Virus record (IMG/VR): IMGVR_UViG_3300035665_002234
Strand: one strand, 5' to 3'
Origin: an uncultured virus (IMG/VR IMGVR_UViG_3300035665_002234)
Lineage: Duplodnaviria > Heunggongvirae > Uroviricota > Caudoviricetes
DNA length: 64,000 bases
Part shown: positions 35,301 through 44,115 of the stretch, piece by piece
Layout of the letters: each line of letters begins with the position of its first letter
Numbering within the stretch: the stretch's first letter is position 1
Made by a program: the position numbers and the translations under genes
Notes under the pieces: model-generated
What the model saw: the letters and a program-made list of their open reading frames with translations, nothing else
Told to the model about the DNA's origin: nothing
Database searches by the model: none

Positions 35301-36076
35301 TTATTAATTCTATAATCCGTTGTATACATGAATGGTACTGCAAACAAAGCACCAACTTGTGTTTCTGCTAAAATTGTATATTTGTAAGAATAAAATTTTA
35401 AATTAATTCTGTAGTTTCCCGTATTACCCTCAAACGCAGCTGAAAAGTTTGTTAAAATAAGTTGGTATCTTATTGCTTTACCATAAAACCCTTTTAATGT
35501 TAAATAAAATGTTGGATATGGTAAATTAAAAAAACAAGCGTATTCAGAATTTTCACCTTTTTCAAATAAGGCTCTACCTTGAACATCAATCAACACAATT
35601 TCAACAGTTGGTGTTAAACTTCTTGTATTCTTAACTCTTATACTTTCAATACCTAATAAACCAGTGTCTTCACTGTTAATTGTGTTTTGTTTAATATAAA
35701 AATCATCACTTTTGTTTTGTTGTTGTACATTGGTTTTACTTGGTTGATTAGTACCTTTACCATCAACAGTATTTAAACCCGTAATTTCATTTAGATAATT
35801 GTTATTTAGTGTTGTTTTCCCACCAGGTCTTAAAAAATTAATAGAAGCAATTGGTGTTGTTTGTACAGCATCTGTTAGTGCGGAACCAACGGCTAATTTT
35901 GTTCTTGGTAACATTTTTGCTTCCAAGTTTGCATACATAACAAGGTCTTCATGATGGATTGGTCTATCCATTGGTTGACCAAGACTATTTTCAACCTTGT
36001 TTGGGTCAATTAAAAATATGTTATCATAATCGGATTCAATGTAGATATTGTCCGTTGTACCAAAATTATCTGCCAT
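29381..36076 (-). CDS. Very large baseplate hub protein (gp27/VgrG-like terminal domains)
   Basis: 2231 aa; YECRVESMGNAMIQPTMYFNLRNVPMFRGPYMIQSVEHTISAGDFKTFFSGVR resembles the hub C-terminal barrel; follows the gp53-like gene. Confidence 0.65.
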   Translation of the reverse strand: MADNFGTTDNIYIESDYDNIFLIDPNKVENSLGQPMDRPIHHEDLVMYANLEAKMLPRTKLAVGSALTDAVQTTPIASINFLRPGGKTTLNNNYLNEITGLNTVDGKGTNQPSKTNVQQQNKSDDFYIKQNTINSEDTGLLGIESIRVKNTRSLTPTVEIVLIDVQGRALFEKGENSEYACFFNLPYPTFYLTLKGFYGKAIRYQLILTNFSAAFEGNTGNYRINLKFYSYKYTILAETQVGALFAVPFMYTTDYRINNTAPNSPGVNAAQVSNGNPDVTTSSVRVTKGGQTIRDVYKRYKALGLISPNLPELSFPELKARLEALEKNLQQSFGQTDFTPLSDCDTYFKLLTSLRDNVLSPNDDTSWFKKYIDQEKIFVLKPSAVGGKNGVLTYIYNNNTRASLQLQVNAYSQLKQLVDGYKVDLAKNKTLSDPGTFTIDGKKQTSKVTKINNLNIQPTIVPSAIQPPYVATGFSVGEIRGLLSSNRVVNNLVNSSSDLVGSDSVRKSLTDFNIDWAETFKIRYKREALSPEEINELAIKESIFFQPFPDNTDGTSIPPTYNFVFDGPGNFSDIIDKTFEDLSGQKEKIVLALNEFLSKKIEGNDGLGFKPTMRNIMAMIFASVEAFYRLMDDVHSQAWSQRLNPIRKNAVFDNTKSSVSTDSKNLVQQTDQNALKDIPVYPWPQYFVETNNADGERFELRYPGDPSEISRTRGNNYEVWPEVQFVEEYMKGLAQRASIDLGPNGSNNEANVISRITVNGIEFPTTNIPYSDYDSVKFIYEIYERVLLASYWDRLSTSGAKQLSIYNTLSDLEVSNIRTALNSTSPSLTKILKNFALTPQNFPLILRSISNDGTGSSWQQFIRGEFTSEYLRTITENDYAILNDSFIKSKPTTNKNVQSLTNLSNYIKSTSSTQTNIMDVYPFVITDWQNENLAGVKTSKGNVFDTTKSLFLNDTQRYITNYESADSLNNNRPFVNNCFLQTLSTPKPILSVGGSGNITGTPPTGTLAAFNQFYKDRRLNNSFLVTEGPINYQAKTGNVDALQTTSMLNTPFFINALQDGINKDRNNTNTTPYVLPAYLFLNSLPLATLREKYKNITTEDSTPLDYIFTTLTKFGGVHKLPYSWIIKYGSIWHRYKTYVETNVDILDSVWKNVNVANLYDPDGSSLQKQYTFTSINENYNIVAQDTISQPSLTLKQVQMNLGFYPKMINDTYFLVTGQELLTGYTDTDIQTAINQGLVVGAIPNAQISTQNGYSSTPNQVLKFNNFFTTFETQNSPKFNSSQQYKTLLMPSFGTTYNQVIGECFTETITGLTQTQEVQNNKAVFNGSVRTFWAAPNFGYFELSSITKPSPNEYMKEVYPNLEIQDVVKFGQTYSKIDDVFGTFKTEILDSFEIEFLNFCKSFTDLTSEDLANSSYANRNFQGLMSQMLLVPTVTLTDTPDKYVVDCGNAQLTQANTVIQSFVNYDIVFKYGNPSNFNRRVFGTFTTLNTTNYNKVVDPYPYNAYVQNSVPVTNGAVTQITLAQSKAAYPNAWIAMETYIGFATTTGLTYSNSGSYYTDFFPTLNVEFTEGNVKNFAPLIKIFGTQKSLNNGVYTRADFTTAINDFYTNNDEYLNYVLGQLMFTLQKELPDYTQTTEKPILSAIDGMQPKIELWETFKSFNDKWIAGSEFKDRTLYQDVMFLDRANRDIGDKVLVDVFKLKDFFSGTTSLDARIIDFVSRIIADNQFQMMPLPAYMNFWGAGEITQGNAPRPEKSNDLANSLFGTFLDVDYRESQPKFVCYYAGKPSEHLDMRENADYRWRTDAFDLSRASDNPLVSEQKSTKTDWAQSNKVVGFNVDFGIRNQSVFYSIQLDQNNAAATTEANRVITDMGNQAGGRRTNTQNVSLYNLYKNRSYECRVESMGNAMIQPTMYFNLRNVPMFRGPYMIQSVEHTISAGDFKTFFSGVRMPIYSLPLITKQLVSINANLLGQLVQILKRQKETEVASTQPTINVITIGNGIQTNVVYSSAFPSQCQADMLSTNPKYQNFLGIENTQQSISFADLAKIIRDNTTLGPARAMILYTAYVNGHDDNSVYTYNYDLGNTLLGGGSFPQQISYGGREKYFQKQFGCKVNQNGYGQPTAVFTTTTSGESFTNSVKFINDYYVNEQVLSKSLLFAPLVTTGNTGSLVWNTKKDYIDNMISIWTKYWPQNRFQTDEQWNKWVDSNKNMYDTFKKEAENVVELLAKYKLVNFK

Positions 36077-36386
36077 AATAGAAGAAATAGTTATCTAAAC
36101 CATTTTTATAATCTTGTAATGAAGATATAAGTGGATATGGGATTGTCAATATTGCATTATTTGGAATATTCCATTCCAACCCACCATATTCAGGATTACC
36201 TTGTAATATTAACCAACCAAAAAAAGGTGTTCCGTAATATTGTTGAGATACTTTATCTAACCTACTAAACCCTGTTCTGTAGATGTATCTTTGGTCTGAT
36301 GACTTTGACTGTAGTGGAATAAATGGAACTACTGTTTGTTCACCATTAATCAAAAATGGTTGGTATCGGTTATAATAAGCATCCAT
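36066..36386 (-). CDS. Baseplate protein, gp53/tail X (LysM-like)
   Basis: RLDKVSQQYYGTPFFGWLILQGNP...LTIP. Confidence 0.75.
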   Translation of the reverse strand: MDAYYNRYQPFLINGEQTVVPFIPLQSKSSDQRYIYRTGFSRLDKVSQQYYGTPFFGWLILQGNPEYGGLEWNIPNNAILTIPYPLISSLQDYKNGLDNYFFYYGR

Positions 36387-39300
36387 TAATTAAATTTTTT
36401 CTTGAAGTTATATGGGTTTATGCTTGAACTATCGTTTTTATTTGCGTAAAGATTTTGTAATTGTTTTTTAAGGTCTTCAGATGCTGCACTATCTTCACTA
36501 AAATCAACAACTCTTTTTTGTGTTGTACCAAATGGTGGTGTATAATCAACATAATTTTTACCAGTACTATTTGTTTGAAATGTTGTCATTAAAGCAAGGC
36601 CTGTTTGATTTAATTTTGGCCATTCTACATATAAAGAATTTGGACCTGAAAAATAATATGATTCAACCGCAAATTTTGTATAAACATCTAAACCTTCTTG
36701 TAATGCGTTTAAAAAATTATCTTTTATAGATTCAATTGTTAAGGCTCTCGACATTAGTAAATATTCTCTTGTTTTTTCTGGTGTTGATAAAAATTCATAT
36801 CCTGTTGGTGGTGTAAAAACGCCAGGTTCATTTGGTTTATAGGAACTAGTTACATATAATTGTGCTGCGGTTAAATCAGTTAAAAATTGATTGTTATTAG
36901 TTGCTATAGAAGTATAATCATTTCTAAGGGATGTTAAAGTATCTATTGGAGTTCCATTAACAGTTTCTGTTTGACCCGTTGTTATATAAATAATTGCAAT
37001 ATTTTTATCATTTAATTTACCGTCATGTCCTGTTGTAGTTCCACTAGCAACAAAATTCATTCTATCAACATTATAAACATAATCTTGTTGTAGTTCTGTT
37101 AAAGTATTTACATCAGAGGTAATTGTATTTAAAAAACTACTTCTGTAAGTTTTAACAAAATTTGAATAGTTTTTCTTGAACAATCTTTTTTGAGCTGTTG
37201 TAATTACAGATTTTGTAAATTCACCTGATGTGAATATTGGTAAGTTATCATCGTCAACATCTTTTAACAATGCTTTAAATGCTTCGTCAACATATTTTTG
37301 GGTATTAATTGGTTTACCATAAATTGCGGTATCTGTTGGTGTTGAAGAATTAAACGAACCCGTATTATATCCTTGGTTATCACCACCATAATTTAATATT
37401 GCCAACATACCATAATTATAGTTTAATAACGCACTATTCATGGTATTCATAACACCATTATAATACGCTTTAGTTTTATCAACAAATTTGTTGGTAAATG
37501 TTGCATATTCAATAGTTCCTGTTTGTCCACTATCCGTTAAACCTGTAAATGTTGAAACACCAATAGTATTTCCACCATCATTTGTTTTATCATTTTGAAT
37601 GTTGGCAACACCAACAGTTGGTGGATTTTGAGTTAAGGCTTGGATAATTTGTTTATCAAGTTTACTTGTATCTTCAGTTGCTTCGGCTCTTTCATCATAC
37701 ATCTCAGTATTAGCGTAATAGTTGAATGATAATGCATTTTGTAATGTGTCAATTGGTGCTGCCAATCCTGACCCACCAACAAAATTAAAACTTAAATTGA
37801 CATCAACAATCATAGGTTGGAAACCGATACCTTCAGGGTTCATATCAAATGTCTTATCGTATGAAAAACTTAAAGATGTTGGAACAATTTTGGTATTATA
37901 AAAATCACCAATACGTAAAACCATAATTGGTGGTGCCCCAAATGATGTGTTTAACGCATCATTATAAAGTTTTTCACCATTGGTTCCAATAGTTGGAATT
38001 GTTTCACCAGGTCTCATACATTGTTGTAAGAAAGTTAAACGTGAGTTTAATCCTTCAGGTGTTGTTGAGTGAAACGCTGGTTGGAAATATTTTATTTTTT
38101 CTTTAATTGAATCATAAATAAATGGATTTTCCGCCTTTAAAACTTCAAAATAATCACACTCATTTAACAAGTATCTTAATAGTTTTTTAGAAGCTCCTTT
38201 ATATAAATCTTTTTGTGGTTGTTGATTTACAACAGTATTGGTTTGACCTGGTTTTTGTCCTGTGTTTGGTTTTCCAGCGGCGTTGTTTGCAGCACTATTT
38301 TCAGTGGCTGTTGAGCTTGGTTCTGAGTTCTTTTCAATTGGTTTAATTTCAACATTTTTTAATAATACAGTTCTACAAGCCATTGCTCTTGTTGTATACT
38401 TTTCAGTATTAAGAGCTTCGTCTTTACAATCGTAAGTACTGTAACTTTGTTTACCTCTTGGGGTTACACTTGCAACTTCTCCTTTTGCAATAGTATTGAA
38501 TACTAATGTTGAACCAATAAATTGACCTAACGAATTATTATTTGCACCAAAACTATAAGTCTTAAAGAATTCAACCACAGATTCACCTCTTCTAACAGAC
38601 AACTTATCATTATAATCAATAGATGACGATGGTGATGCACTTGCCTCCAAAGTAACTAAAATACTAGAAGCTTGTTTTTGACTCAAAATATTATACATTT
38701 TTTGAGCCATTTCTTTTAATCTTGTATAGTTTTCTTCAATAACACCATCAAAAAATTGAGTTGTAACTTGTTTGTCTTTTGAGTTGTTATTATATACTTG
38801 TTTATTAGATGCTGATGTATAATTAGCATATGTTGTTTGGAAAGCCACCGATGTTGGGCTTGGTATGTCATTGTCAAAATAAAACCCAAAACCATTATAT
38901 TCGTTTAATGTTGGGTTTCCTGTGGCATCATCTGTTGTTCCCCCATCTTGTAATGAGTTTGTAGGTACTGTATTGGTTGCTCTTGAAGCGTCAACAATAT
39001 TTGTGTTAGTTGCGTTTGGATTGGTAATTATTTCTTGCCAAGCTTGTAAATCGGTTAATGGAACTGTATTATAAATTTTAGCAAGTTCATATAAATCATA
39101 TTTTTTACAACCAGCAAAAAACGAATCAACAATAGAATCCACTTTTTGTCTATCACCTTCATTTGCTAACACCTTATTAACAATAAGATTCAAAATTGAT
39201 GGATGGTCAACAATCATCTTCCATTTCAATGTACCACTACGAGAAGTGTTTTTATAGGTATAAATTGGTTCGGGTCTACCTAAGAAAGTAGTTTCGTTAA

Positions 39301-41245
39301 ATGATGGTCTTGTATCCTCAGTAAATGATAAATCATATGGTGGAAACCACATTACTCTACCACCGTTAGGTCCTTTTTCACAAGCCGGTAAATCGTCAAC
39401 TCTATATCCAGCTCTATATCCTGTTCTCCAAGCCAAGTTCTCAATTGAGAACATGTATTTCTTAACCCTACCATTAACAACACTATCACCCCCTTTTTCA
39501 GGTGCAATATTAATGTTAAATGTAGAGTCCATTACGGAATATGAAAACTTACGAATATTTCCGTCTTTCTTTTGTAAATTGTTAAAAGTATAATATGGTG
39601 TATCTTTGGTAAAAACACGACAATATTCAATACCCACATTGGCTTGTCCATCAGAATATCTAACAATCTGAGAACCTTTTGTAATTTCTTTATAACCATC
39701 AAAGAAAACTTTTGATGTTTGGCTAATTGCGTTACCTACGTGTCCAAATCTGGCTCCTGAATTTGGTTGTGAATCAATTAATCTTTGAGTGTCATCTAAA
39801 ATTGAACCTGGTTTGAATTCATAGTTTACTGATTCAGTTGATGTAAATTGATTTGATATTGATGGATATGCCGGGTCTTGTGTTCCGTAATCTCCACCAG
39901 GTTTTTGATACCTACCAGCGTTTGGTGCCCATTTTTGACTTACCCAACTAAAACCACCAACAATACTACCGTCATCAACAAATGGTTTACCCGCTAAACC
40001 AAATTTAAAATCTTTATCAACACCTTCATATTCTTTTCCTAAAACATCAGGACCATAAACAGGTGCCAATACTTGAGCTCCGAATGGGTCAATAGGTACT
40101 TGGCCAGGAGGTGATGTTAAATATCCAGGTTCCCTTTCAGGACTACCTACATAATAAGTTCCTTGACTGGCGTTGTTAGCAATTGCCCCTGTAATAGCAT
40201 TTCCAAGGGCCGATAAAATTCCTGTTCCACCCGTATTGTATTGTGGACGGAATCTGTTCATATCTAAGTTCTGAGTCAATTGAGCTCTTTGACCTGAACC
40301 TGTATAATCTAAAAATACTTGTGATGGTGATGTTGGTCTTGAACCAAATAATCCAAATAACCCACCACGTTTTCCATTTCCAGCCGCCTTAATTGCCGAT
40401 TGGGTTGAGTTGATATCACGGGCTTCGTAATAACTTCCCGGTATTGGAGAAAATGGTAATGTAAATCCAGCGATACGTTGGACTATATCTTGTCCTTGCG
40501 ATATAATATTTCCACCACCTGATGTAATTTTCCAATCTCTATAAATTAACGGTTTTTTACCTGCTAAAATTAAAGATAAATTAACGGGGTCTTGAACACC
40601 ATTTAATATATTAACTCTACCTAATGTTTGTGTTCTAACATTTTGGTCAACTCTATATTGGAAAGCTTGTCTTGCCCCTTTAACCCCCATTTGAGCAAGT
40701 TGTGAGTCATCACTAGCAGGACCATTATCACCTAAGGGGTCTTTTTCTAATAGAACAGAATATGGTGAATATGATGATGGTCTAAAACTCGGTGGGTCCC
40801 AATAAGTGGCGTTTTTCTGTACCTTAATAACATCACCCATGTCATAATAGGTGTATTGGTTTCCTGGCGAATAAACATTCTTAATGTATTGTCTTTTTTG
40901 AAACGATACTGAATACAATTGTAACGCTTCGGTATATGGTGGTGTTTGAGTATAAGGACCTTGATTTGATAATGTTTGTTGTGTATTAATTAAACCACTA
41001 ATGTCTTTGTTGTATCCACCCAAAGGTCCAAACACATTATTAGTATATAATTTATCTGCAAATGGGTCACTATCAATTAATGCGTCAGGGGAATCAATAA
41101 CTGAATAATCACTTCTGATATATTCATTAACACCAGGGCTACCTACAGGTGTATAAACACCTGGTTTATTGTAAGGTCTTAAGTTTCTTAAAAGTAACTC
41201 ATCCCTTTTTAATTTCGTAGCACTAAAAGTTAAACGACTTGGCAT
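36386..41245 (-). CDS. Tail tube initiator/hub-like protein with internal OmpA-like domain
   Basis: 1619 aa; FLGRPEPIYTYKNTSRSG and PPIMVLRIGDFY...PMIVDVNLSF tube-fold motifs; YNDKLSVRRGESV OmpA-like motif. Confidence 0.65.
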   Translation of the reverse strand: MPSRLTFSATKLKRDELLLRNLRPYNKPGVYTPVGSPGVNEYIRSDYSVIDSPDALIDSDPFADKLYTNNVFGPLGGYNKDISGLINTQQTLSNQGPYTQTPPYTEALQLYSVSFQKRQYIKNVYSPGNQYTYYDMGDVIKVQKNATYWDPPSFRPSSYSPYSVLLEKDPLGDNGPASDDSQLAQMGVKGARQAFQYRVDQNVRTQTLGRVNILNGVQDPVNLSLILAGKKPLIYRDWKITSGGGNIISQGQDIVQRIAGFTLPFSPIPGSYYEARDINSTQSAIKAAGNGKRGGLFGLFGSRPTSPSQVFLDYTGSGQRAQLTQNLDMNRFRPQYNTGGTGILSALGNAITGAIANNASQGTYYVGSPEREPGYLTSPPGQVPIDPFGAQVLAPVYGPDVLGKEYEGVDKDFKFGLAGKPFVDDGSIVGGFSWVSQKWAPNAGRYQKPGGDYGTQDPAYPSISNQFTSTESVNYEFKPGSILDDTQRLIDSQPNSGARFGHVGNAISQTSKVFFDGYKEITKGSQIVRYSDGQANVGIEYCRVFTKDTPYYTFNNLQKKDGNIRKFSYSVMDSTFNINIAPEKGGDSVVNGRVKKYMFSIENLAWRTGYRAGYRVDDLPACEKGPNGGRVMWFPPYDLSFTEDTRPSFNETTFLGRPEPIYTYKNTSRSGTLKWKMIVDHPSILNLIVNKVLANEGDRQKVDSIVDSFFAGCKKYDLYELAKIYNTVPLTDLQAWQEIITNPNATNTNIVDASRATNTVPTNSLQDGGTTDDATGNPTLNEYNGFGFYFDNDIPSPTSVAFQTTYANYTSASNKQVYNNNSKDKQVTTQFFDGVIEENYTRLKEMAQKMYNILSQKQASSILVTLEASASPSSSIDYNDKLSVRRGESVVEFFKTYSFGANNNSLGQFIGSTLVFNTIAKGEVASVTPRGKQSYSTYDCKDEALNTEKYTTRAMACRTVLLKNVEIKPIEKNSEPSSTATENSAANNAAGKPNTGQKPGQTNTVVNQQPQKDLYKGASKKLLRYLLNECDYFEVLKAENPFIYDSIKEKIKYFQPAFHSTTPEGLNSRLTFLQQCMRPGETIPTIGTNGEKLYNDALNTSFGAPPIMVLRIGDFYNTKIVPTSLSFSYDKTFDMNPEGIGFQPMIVDVNLSFNFVGGSGLAAPIDTLQNALSFNYYANTEMYDERAEATEDTSKLDKQIIQALTQNPPTVGVANIQNDKTNDGGNTIGVSTFTGLTDSGQTGTIEYATFTNKFVDKTKAYYNGVMNTMNSALLNYNYGMLAILNYGGDNQGYNTGSFNSSTPTDTAIYGKPINTQKYVDEAFKALLKDVDDDNLPIFTSGEFTKSVITTAQKRLFKKNYSNFVKTYRSSFLNTITSDVNTLTELQQDYVYNVDRMNFVASGTTTGHDGKLNDKNIAIIYITTGQTETVNGTPIDTLTSLRNDYTSIATNNNQFLTDLTAAQLYVTSSYKPNEPGVFTPPTGYEFLSTPEKTREYLLMSRALTIESIKDNFLNALQEGLDVYTKFAVESYYFSGPNSLYVEWPKLNQTGLALMTTFQTNSTGKNYVDYTPPFGTTQKRVVDFSEDSAASEDLKKQLQNLYANKNDSSSINPYNFKKKFN

Positions 41246-41292
41246 GTTGTTGTATCATCTATAAATAGAAGCACCTTTATTTTTTATTAAAT

Positions 41293-43128
41293 TTATCTAG
41301 TATTGTTTGGAACGGCACTGTATGGACCCTTAACACTACCATCACTAATCATTTTATTAATTTGTTTAATAAATGTTTCGTTTTTAAATAAATCATAAAC
41401 TTGGGTGTCAGTTAAATTACTAGTACTTCCATTTGGTGTTGTAACTTTAATTTCAATTGCTCCTTTATAATTAATATCCTCAACTTTTATTGTTTGATTA
41501 ATTGGTGATTGTGCTTGGTTGGTTTCAATTCTATTTGGAATTGTTCCCGATGCTGTGGCTCTTGTGGCTAAATTAGTAAGTCCTTTTACTGCCAAATCAG
41601 CGGCTTCAGCAATTTTATTACCCGAACTTACATATGGTTGGATTGCCGATTTAAAATCAATACTTGTAATTGATTGTTTTATATTAGAAAAACTTTGTTG
41701 TACATCCATACCCGCATTTTTGAAAATTTCAGCAATTTTTGCTGGGCTTCCCTCTCCTTTTAATAAATCAATAACACTTTTACCTGTTTCATCATAAAAC
41801 TTATCAATAGATGATATTGCCCCTCTTTGGTTTCCAAGGGTTTTGTCAGTTGCCGTCATTCCGACTTGTGTAACAGCTCGACCAAATTCTCTAAGTTCTC
41901 TTGGGGCTTTTGAACCAGCTACGGGAGCGGCAAGACTATCAACTAACTTATTTAAAGCGGCGGTTTGTAATTCTGTTTGATTTAATTGAGCCTTTGCCAA
42001 ATCTTCAACAGTAACGGTTTCTTGCGATTTTTTTATCTCATCAAGGTCGGCTGGATTAATTTCAGAAACTAATTTATCCATTCCCCCAACTTTAACTGTA
42101 AATCCACCCTTATCTTTGTTGTATTGAGCAACATTTGCAATAAATTGTTTGGATTCTTCGTCAATAGCATTTGTTTTGAATTCGCTTCTAATCATGTTCA
42201 ACTTTTGTTGACCTTCAGACATTTTCACCAAATCATTATATGCTATACCCGTTTCTTTTTCAATTTCTCGTAAATCACGTTTGGCATTAGGGAATACTTT
42301 AAATGATTTTGTTTTTTCATCAAAGTATGTAAACTTTTCAGTCATTTTAGCAACTTGATTCTGTAGTTCTTCAGTATCTTCAGATGCCAAATACATTAAT
42401 CTAAATGGGTCCGCTAAATCACCAGCAGCAACACCTAACCTTTGGAAAGCGGAAACCATTTCAACGGCACCTTCAGGATTGAATACCCTTTCAGCAAATC
42501 CAAAAATTTCATTCATATTAATACGTAATGAAGCCGCTTGTGCCGACATTTTAGCTAAACCAGCAACACCATTTTCAAAACCATATTTATTTATATTACT
42601 TAAATTGTCTCTAACAAGTCCAAATACCGCACTTGTGTTAACACCAACTTTTCTTGCAATATCAACGGATAGTTGAATATTTTCTTTAATATTTCCTGTT
42701 TGAATTCCCGCATCTTGGAATCCTTTAACCATATCACCAATTTGACCCGAATCAATTCCAACCGCCTGACCCGCAGCGTATAAATCACCAACAGTTTCAC
42801 CAAGAGTTATTACATTTGTATTTAAACTGTCGGCAATTCCTTTTTGAATATTTTGAACATCTGTTAAACTTCCACCTAAACCTGTAACTAATGGTGTCGC
42901 AACAGCCAATTCAACAGTCAAACCTTTAATGGCCATTTGGGTTTGACCAAAAGTGCCAGCCATTTTTGCCGTAAAATCAGAAAAAGATTGTTCTAAAACT
43001 TTGGTTCTAGATAACCAACTGTCATAACCCCTATTGATAGTTGCCGTAAAATCATTAATAACCGCTTGAGCCTGTGAGGCAGCATTGGAGTTATTTGGTT
43101 GATTATTTGGTGGTGGAGCCGCTTGCAT
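41293..43128 (-). CDS. Probable tape measure protein
   Basis: 611 aa, Ala/Gly/Lys-rich and helical; canonical position after tube and chaperone genes. Confidence 0.65.
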   Translation of the reverse strand: MQAAPPPNNQPNNSNAASQAQAVINDFTATINRGYDSWLSRTKVLEQSFSDFTAKMAGTFGQTQMAIKGLTVELAVATPLVTGLGGSLTDVQNIQKGIADSLNTNVITLGETVGDLYAAGQAVGIDSGQIGDMVKGFQDAGIQTGNIKENIQLSVDIARKVGVNTSAVFGLVRDNLSNINKYGFENGVAGLAKMSAQAASLRINMNEIFGFAERVFNPEGAVEMVSAFQRLGVAAGDLADPFRLMYLASEDTEELQNQVAKMTEKFTYFDEKTKSFKVFPNAKRDLREIEKETGIAYNDLVKMSEGQQKLNMIRSEFKTNAIDEESKQFIANVAQYNKDKGGFTVKVGGMDKLVSEINPADLDEIKKSQETVTVEDLAKAQLNQTELQTAALNKLVDSLAAPVAGSKAPRELREFGRAVTQVGMTATDKTLGNQRGAISSIDKFYDETGKSVIDLLKGEGSPAKIAEIFKNAGMDVQQSFSNIKQSITSIDFKSAIQPYVSSGNKIAEAADLAVKGLTNLATRATASGTIPNRIETNQAQSPINQTIKVEDINYKGAIEIKVTTPNGSTSNLTDTQVYDLFKNETFIKQINKMISDGSVKGPYSAVPNNTR

Positions 43129-43150
43129 ATTCTAATAAATAGAATAAATC

Positions 43151-43303
43151 TTATTTTTGATAAGATTCTATTAATTTGTCTACAATATACCTACGAGCAT
43201 ACGTGGGCATTTTTTGAAAGTCTGTCCAAGACATGTGTAAATCTCTACTCAGAATAAAAAATTCGTCTAATTGATGTTTCCTATAATCAGAAGAAAACCC
43301 GAA
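43151..43303 (-). CDS. Tail assembly chaperone extension (gp51/gpT-like), probably reached by frameshift
   Basis: HMSWTDFQKMPTYARRYIVDKL motif; overlaps the upstream ORF end in the +1 frame; no convincing independent start before the conserved part. Confidence 0.65.
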   Translation of the reverse strand, partial: FGFSSDYRKHQLDEFFILSRDLHMSWTDFQKMPTYARRYIVDKLIESYQK

Positions 43304-44036
43304 AAAACTCCACCCCAAAGGCGATTTCAACATCTACCTTGTTTCCTGACGGGGCTATAACTGTTTTGGTTAATTCTAATCTTGGTTCATTTTCATCAAT
43401 AAATTTTCTAATGAATTTTGAATCCATAATTGGTAATCCTTCAATAAATTTAATAATTGTTGATGGTGATGTATCACCATTAACAGATAAAATTTGTTTT
43501 TGAAGTTTCATTGTAACTCTTGGTGCAACCCTTCCAGCCGGATATGAGTCAGCCACTTTATTAAGTTCTTGAATTTCTTTATATATAAGTGGTTTTAATT
43601 TAACAGATGCTTGTGACTTTGGTAATACTACATCAAAAGTACCATCTTCATTTGGGTCGGTTGATGGTTTTCTAAAATCCAATTCGTCCAACAATATATC
43701 GGCAGAAAATTTCTTACCAGTCTCAGGGTCATTAATACTGATTTTATATTCAGGTCCAAAAGAAGTATTTCTTAAAAATATTAAAATTGCTTCAATATCA
43801 CCATTTAACATTTCATCAGGTTTCAAATCTGGTTCGTACAATTTTGAACGAACTAATGTCATAATCATGTCATCGGTATTTGACCCCATGATGACATTCT
43901 CATCTGCAGCTGTCAAATAACCAACTTTAACAGATTTTTTCTTTGATTTGTAGAATTTACCTTCAGATGGTAATCTTACCACATCGTGTGGTAAATTAAA
44001 TTCTTGTTGTGCGTATTGTAATAAATTTTCGTCCAT
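43287..44036 (-). CDS. Tail/baseplate hub assembly chaperone (T4 gp26-like)
   Basis: VRLPSEGKFY, LTAADE, GDIEAILIFLRNTSFG, C-terminal GVEFF; ATG at 44036 preferred over the track start at 44048. Confidence 0.75.
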   Translation of the reverse strand: MDENLLQYAQQEFNLPHDVVRLPSEGKFYKSKKKSVKVGYLTAADENVIMGSNTDDMIMTLVRSKLYEPDLKPDEMLNGDIEAILIFLRNTSFGPEYKISINDPETGKKFSADILLDELDFRKPSTDPNEDGTFDVVLPKSQASVKLKPLIYKEIQELNKVADSYPAGRVAPRVTMKLQKQILSVNGDTSPSTIIKFIEGLPIMDSKFIRKFIDENEPRLELTKTVIAPSGNKVDVEIAFGVEFFRVFF

Positions 44037-44067
44037 AAAAAAAAACACAGGGAATAGACCCTGTGTT
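44037..44067 (-). terminator. Intrinsic terminator after the tail tube gene, abutting the chaperone start
   Basis: AACACAGGG-tctatt-CCCTGTGTT followed by a T run that ends at the ATG. Confidence 0.75.
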
Positions 44068-44115
44068 AAATATACCGTATTAAATTAATTTATCAATATA
44101 AAATAAAATACAAAA

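Noticed and set aside
43290..43310. Canonical -1 slippery heptamer in the chaperone
   Set aside because: GGGTTTT is not phased as X XXY YYZ in the upstream frame, and the downstream ORF is in the +1 frame.
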